Of a stretch of DNA of 64,000 nucleotides, positions 62,131 to 64,000 are shown piece after piece. The notes under the pieces are model-generated. The model ran no database searches. It was given only the letters and a program-made list of their open reading frames with translations, and had not been told where the DNA came from. Source of the DNA: Candidatus Obscuribacteraceae bacterium (lineage in GTDB: Bacteria; Cyanobacteriota; Vampirovibrionia; Obscuribacterales; Obscuribacteraceae); contig JBGAHS010000005.1 in assembly GCA_044226015.1 (NCBI GenBank), positions 512,001-576,000 of the forward strand. The letters are read 5' to 3'. How positions within the stretch are numbered: the stretch's first letter is position 1; each line of letters opens with the position of its first letter. The position numbers were made by a program, and so were the translations under genes.

Positions 62131-63030
62131 GTGAACAAAAAGGACCAATTGAAACGAATTCAGGACCTTATCAAACCTTATCGAATCAAAAGTGGTAAGG
62201 GTTTCCACCTGGACAATATCGATCCTGGCGACACGCAAGAGCTTGGAACTGACAGAAAAGAAGAAGCGAAAGAACTGCTTACGGCCGGTGTAACGTGGCT
62301 TTCGGAGCTTCAAGAAAAGCTCTACGCCCAAGATCGGTGGGGCGTTCTCTGTATTTTTCAAGCAATGGATGCGGCGGGAAAAGACAGCACGATAAAACAT
62401 GTTATGTCGGGTGTGAACCCTCAGGGCTGCCAGGTTTATTCTTTTAAGCAACCTTCGTCAGAAGACCTCGACCACGATTTTATGTGGCGATATCTGAAAT
62501 GCATGCCCGAGCGAGGCAGAATAGGCATTTTCAATCGCTCATACTACGAAGAGGTATTGGTTGTTCGTGTTCACAATTTGATTGAGTCGCAAAAGCTTCC
62601 TCCAGCGGTAGTCCATAAAGGCATCTGGGACGAGCGGTTAGAGGATATCAAAAACTTCGAAAGCTACTTGATGCGAAATGGAATACTTGTTTTGAAGTTC
62701 TATCTACATCTGTCGAGAAAAGAGCAGAAGAAGCGCTTTCTGGCTCGCATCGACGTTCCAGAGAAACACTGGAAATTTTCAGCTGCCGATGTGCAAGAGC
62801 GCAAGTATTGGAAGGATTATAGACTTGCATTTGAGGAGGCAATCAGAGGCACTGCAACAAAAGAAGCCCCCTGGTATGTGATTCCTGCGGACAATAAGTG
62901 GTTTACCCGTTTGGTAGTGGCAGCTGCTATTGTTGATGGGCTGGAAAACTTGAAACTGCATTACCCACAGCCTGATGAAAGCAAGATGAAAGAATTGCTT
63001 GCTGCAAAAGTTGCTCTTGAGAAGGAATAG
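62131..63030 (+). CDS. ppk2: Polyphosphate kinase 2 family protein
   Basis: LQEKLYAQ, FQAMDAAGKDSTIKHV (Walker A), FKQPS.E.LDHDF.WR, IFNRSYYEEVL, KHWKFS..D, APWYVIPADNKW. Confidence 0.95.
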   Translation: MNKKDQLKRIQDLIKPYRIKSGKGFHLDNIDPGDTQELGTDRKEEAKELLTAGVTWLSELQEKLYAQDRWGVLCIFQAMDAAGKDSTIKHVMSGVNPQGCQVYSFKQPSSEDLDHDFMWRYLKCMPERGRIGIFNRSYYEEVLVVRVHNLIESQKLPPAVVHKGIWDERLEDIKNFESYLMRNGILVLKFYLHLSRKEQKKRFLARIDVPEKHWKFSAADVQERKYWKDYRLAFEEAIRGTATKEAPWYVIPADNKWFTRLVVAAAIVDGLENLKLHYPQPDESKMKELLAAKVALEKE

Positions 63031-63152
63031 TGCTTATTTCATCCTAAAGCCAACGTTCTAGTTAAAATTCTTAATCAAAGCGGCTTATAGCCCTTGGCTA
63101 TTTACTACTAGTGAAGGAAAATCAAATCTTGACACCCAAAGGTTTAAAAGCA

Positions 63153-64000
63153 ATGACTGATTTAAGACCAGGACAAGTACCCCCTGGTGGACAGGCGGCT
63201 GATGAAGGTCTAGACGAGACCGCTCTCTTCCTACTTCACGGTAAAGCGAGCCAACCTGAGGTGCCGGCTTCTCAGCTGATTACCAGCAGGCAGCCTGTGC
63301 TAAACAGCAAAGCGTGGATTCTTGCGTTTACACGATTCCATCGTATCCCCGTTTTTAAGCGGGTTTGGGTCTACCTTGCTGTCATGGCAATTTATACAAT
63401 CGGCATTGATTGGCTTACTGACCGCAATCTGGCGCATACAGTGGTGAAGGAAGCGGGAGCTGCTGCCTATGGTAGCGTTGTCATGGGTTTGCTCCTGGTT
63501 TTTCGAACCAACACCGCTTACGAACGCTGGAACGAGGGGCGAAAGCTCTGGGGACAACTTGTTAACGACTCACGAAACTTTTCGCTCAAAGTCCGTTCCT
63601 TTGTGAACGTTCCAGAGATAGAGAAGATTGAATTGGGTCAACTGATCGTCTCTTTCGCATTTGCATTAAAGCATCATTTGCGCAACTCGACTCCGAGTGA
63701 GCCCCTGCCGGGTTTGGGACGAGATTCGAAGAACGTCAGGAATTTACCGGTTCACGTTGCAAGCAAAATATTCGACAAGTTGGCTCAATGGAAGCAAGCC
63801 AATTACATTGACACGCTCATGCTGATTCAGCTGGACTTTCACATCCGTGCTTTCATGGACGTATGTGGCGCTTGCGAGAGAATCAAGAACAGCCCTATTG
63901 CCGTTTCCTATCGTGCATTTATGCGTCAGGGAATCGTGATGAACTTGATTGTCAGCCCCTGGCTCTTATCCACTGAGTTTCCTCTGATTTGGGGACTTCC
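63153..64000 (+). CDS. Bestrophin family ion channel (partial, runs off the window end)
   Basis: Not in the ORF track. Manual translation from ATG 63153 gives GLLLVFRTNTAYERWNEGRKLWGQLVNDSRN...ALKHHLR...GACERIKNSPI. Confidence 0.92.
   Translation, partial: MTDLRPGQVPPGGQAADEGLDETALFLLHGKASQPEVPASQLITSRQPVLNSKAWILAFTRFHRIPVFKRVWVYLAVMAIYTIGIDWLTDRNLAHTVVKEAGAAAYGSVVMGLLLVFRTNTAYERWNEGRKLWGQLVNDSRNFSLKVRSFVNVPEIEKIELGQLIVSFAFALKHHLRNSTPSEPLPGLGRDSKNVRNLPVHVASKIFDKLAQWKQANYIDTLMLIQLDFHIRAFMDVCGACERIKNSPIAVSYRAFMRQGIVMNLIVSPWLLSTEFPLIWGL

Noticed and set aside
62068..62451. 127-aa minus-strand ORF
   Set aside because: It is antisense to the well-supported ppk2 gene.

Overview
This is a 64-kb bacterial chromosomal window with no rRNA, tRNA, CRISPR array or recognisable mobile element. 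The protein style (many Hanks-type Ser/Thr kinases, lineage-specific low-complexity N-termini, giant beta-helix proteins) suggests Candidatus Melainabacteria / Obscuribacterales; this is inference only. About 27 kb (17294-44607, minus strand) is taken up by two tandem giant signal-peptide proteins of 3900 and 5181 aa. They share an N-terminal ~450-aa module containing a SGDPT motif and a ~170-aa C-terminal domain, but carry different repetitive middles: a filamentous-haemagglutinin-like beta-helix and a PE_PGRS-like Gly-rich array. No TpsB, autotransporter barrel or type I exporter is visible in the window. Directly upstream lies an uncharacterised four-gene cluster: a small His-motif protein, a DUF6745-like protein, a triple-repeat protein with His/acidic loops, and a glutaredoxin. 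Also present are two tandem Ser/Thr kinase pairs, an EEP-fold enzyme with a hydrophobic N-terminal module, a glucosaminidase-like protein with a 48-bp tandem repeat, two degenerate ~20-bp intergenic repeat arrays and several terminators. Housekeeping-type genes include an Lrp/AsnC regulator, M1 aminopeptidase, ABC-F, GH13, PAS histidine kinase, proB, proA, OmpH-like protein, ppk2 and a bestrophin. All family calls come from motifs read by eye; no searches were run.
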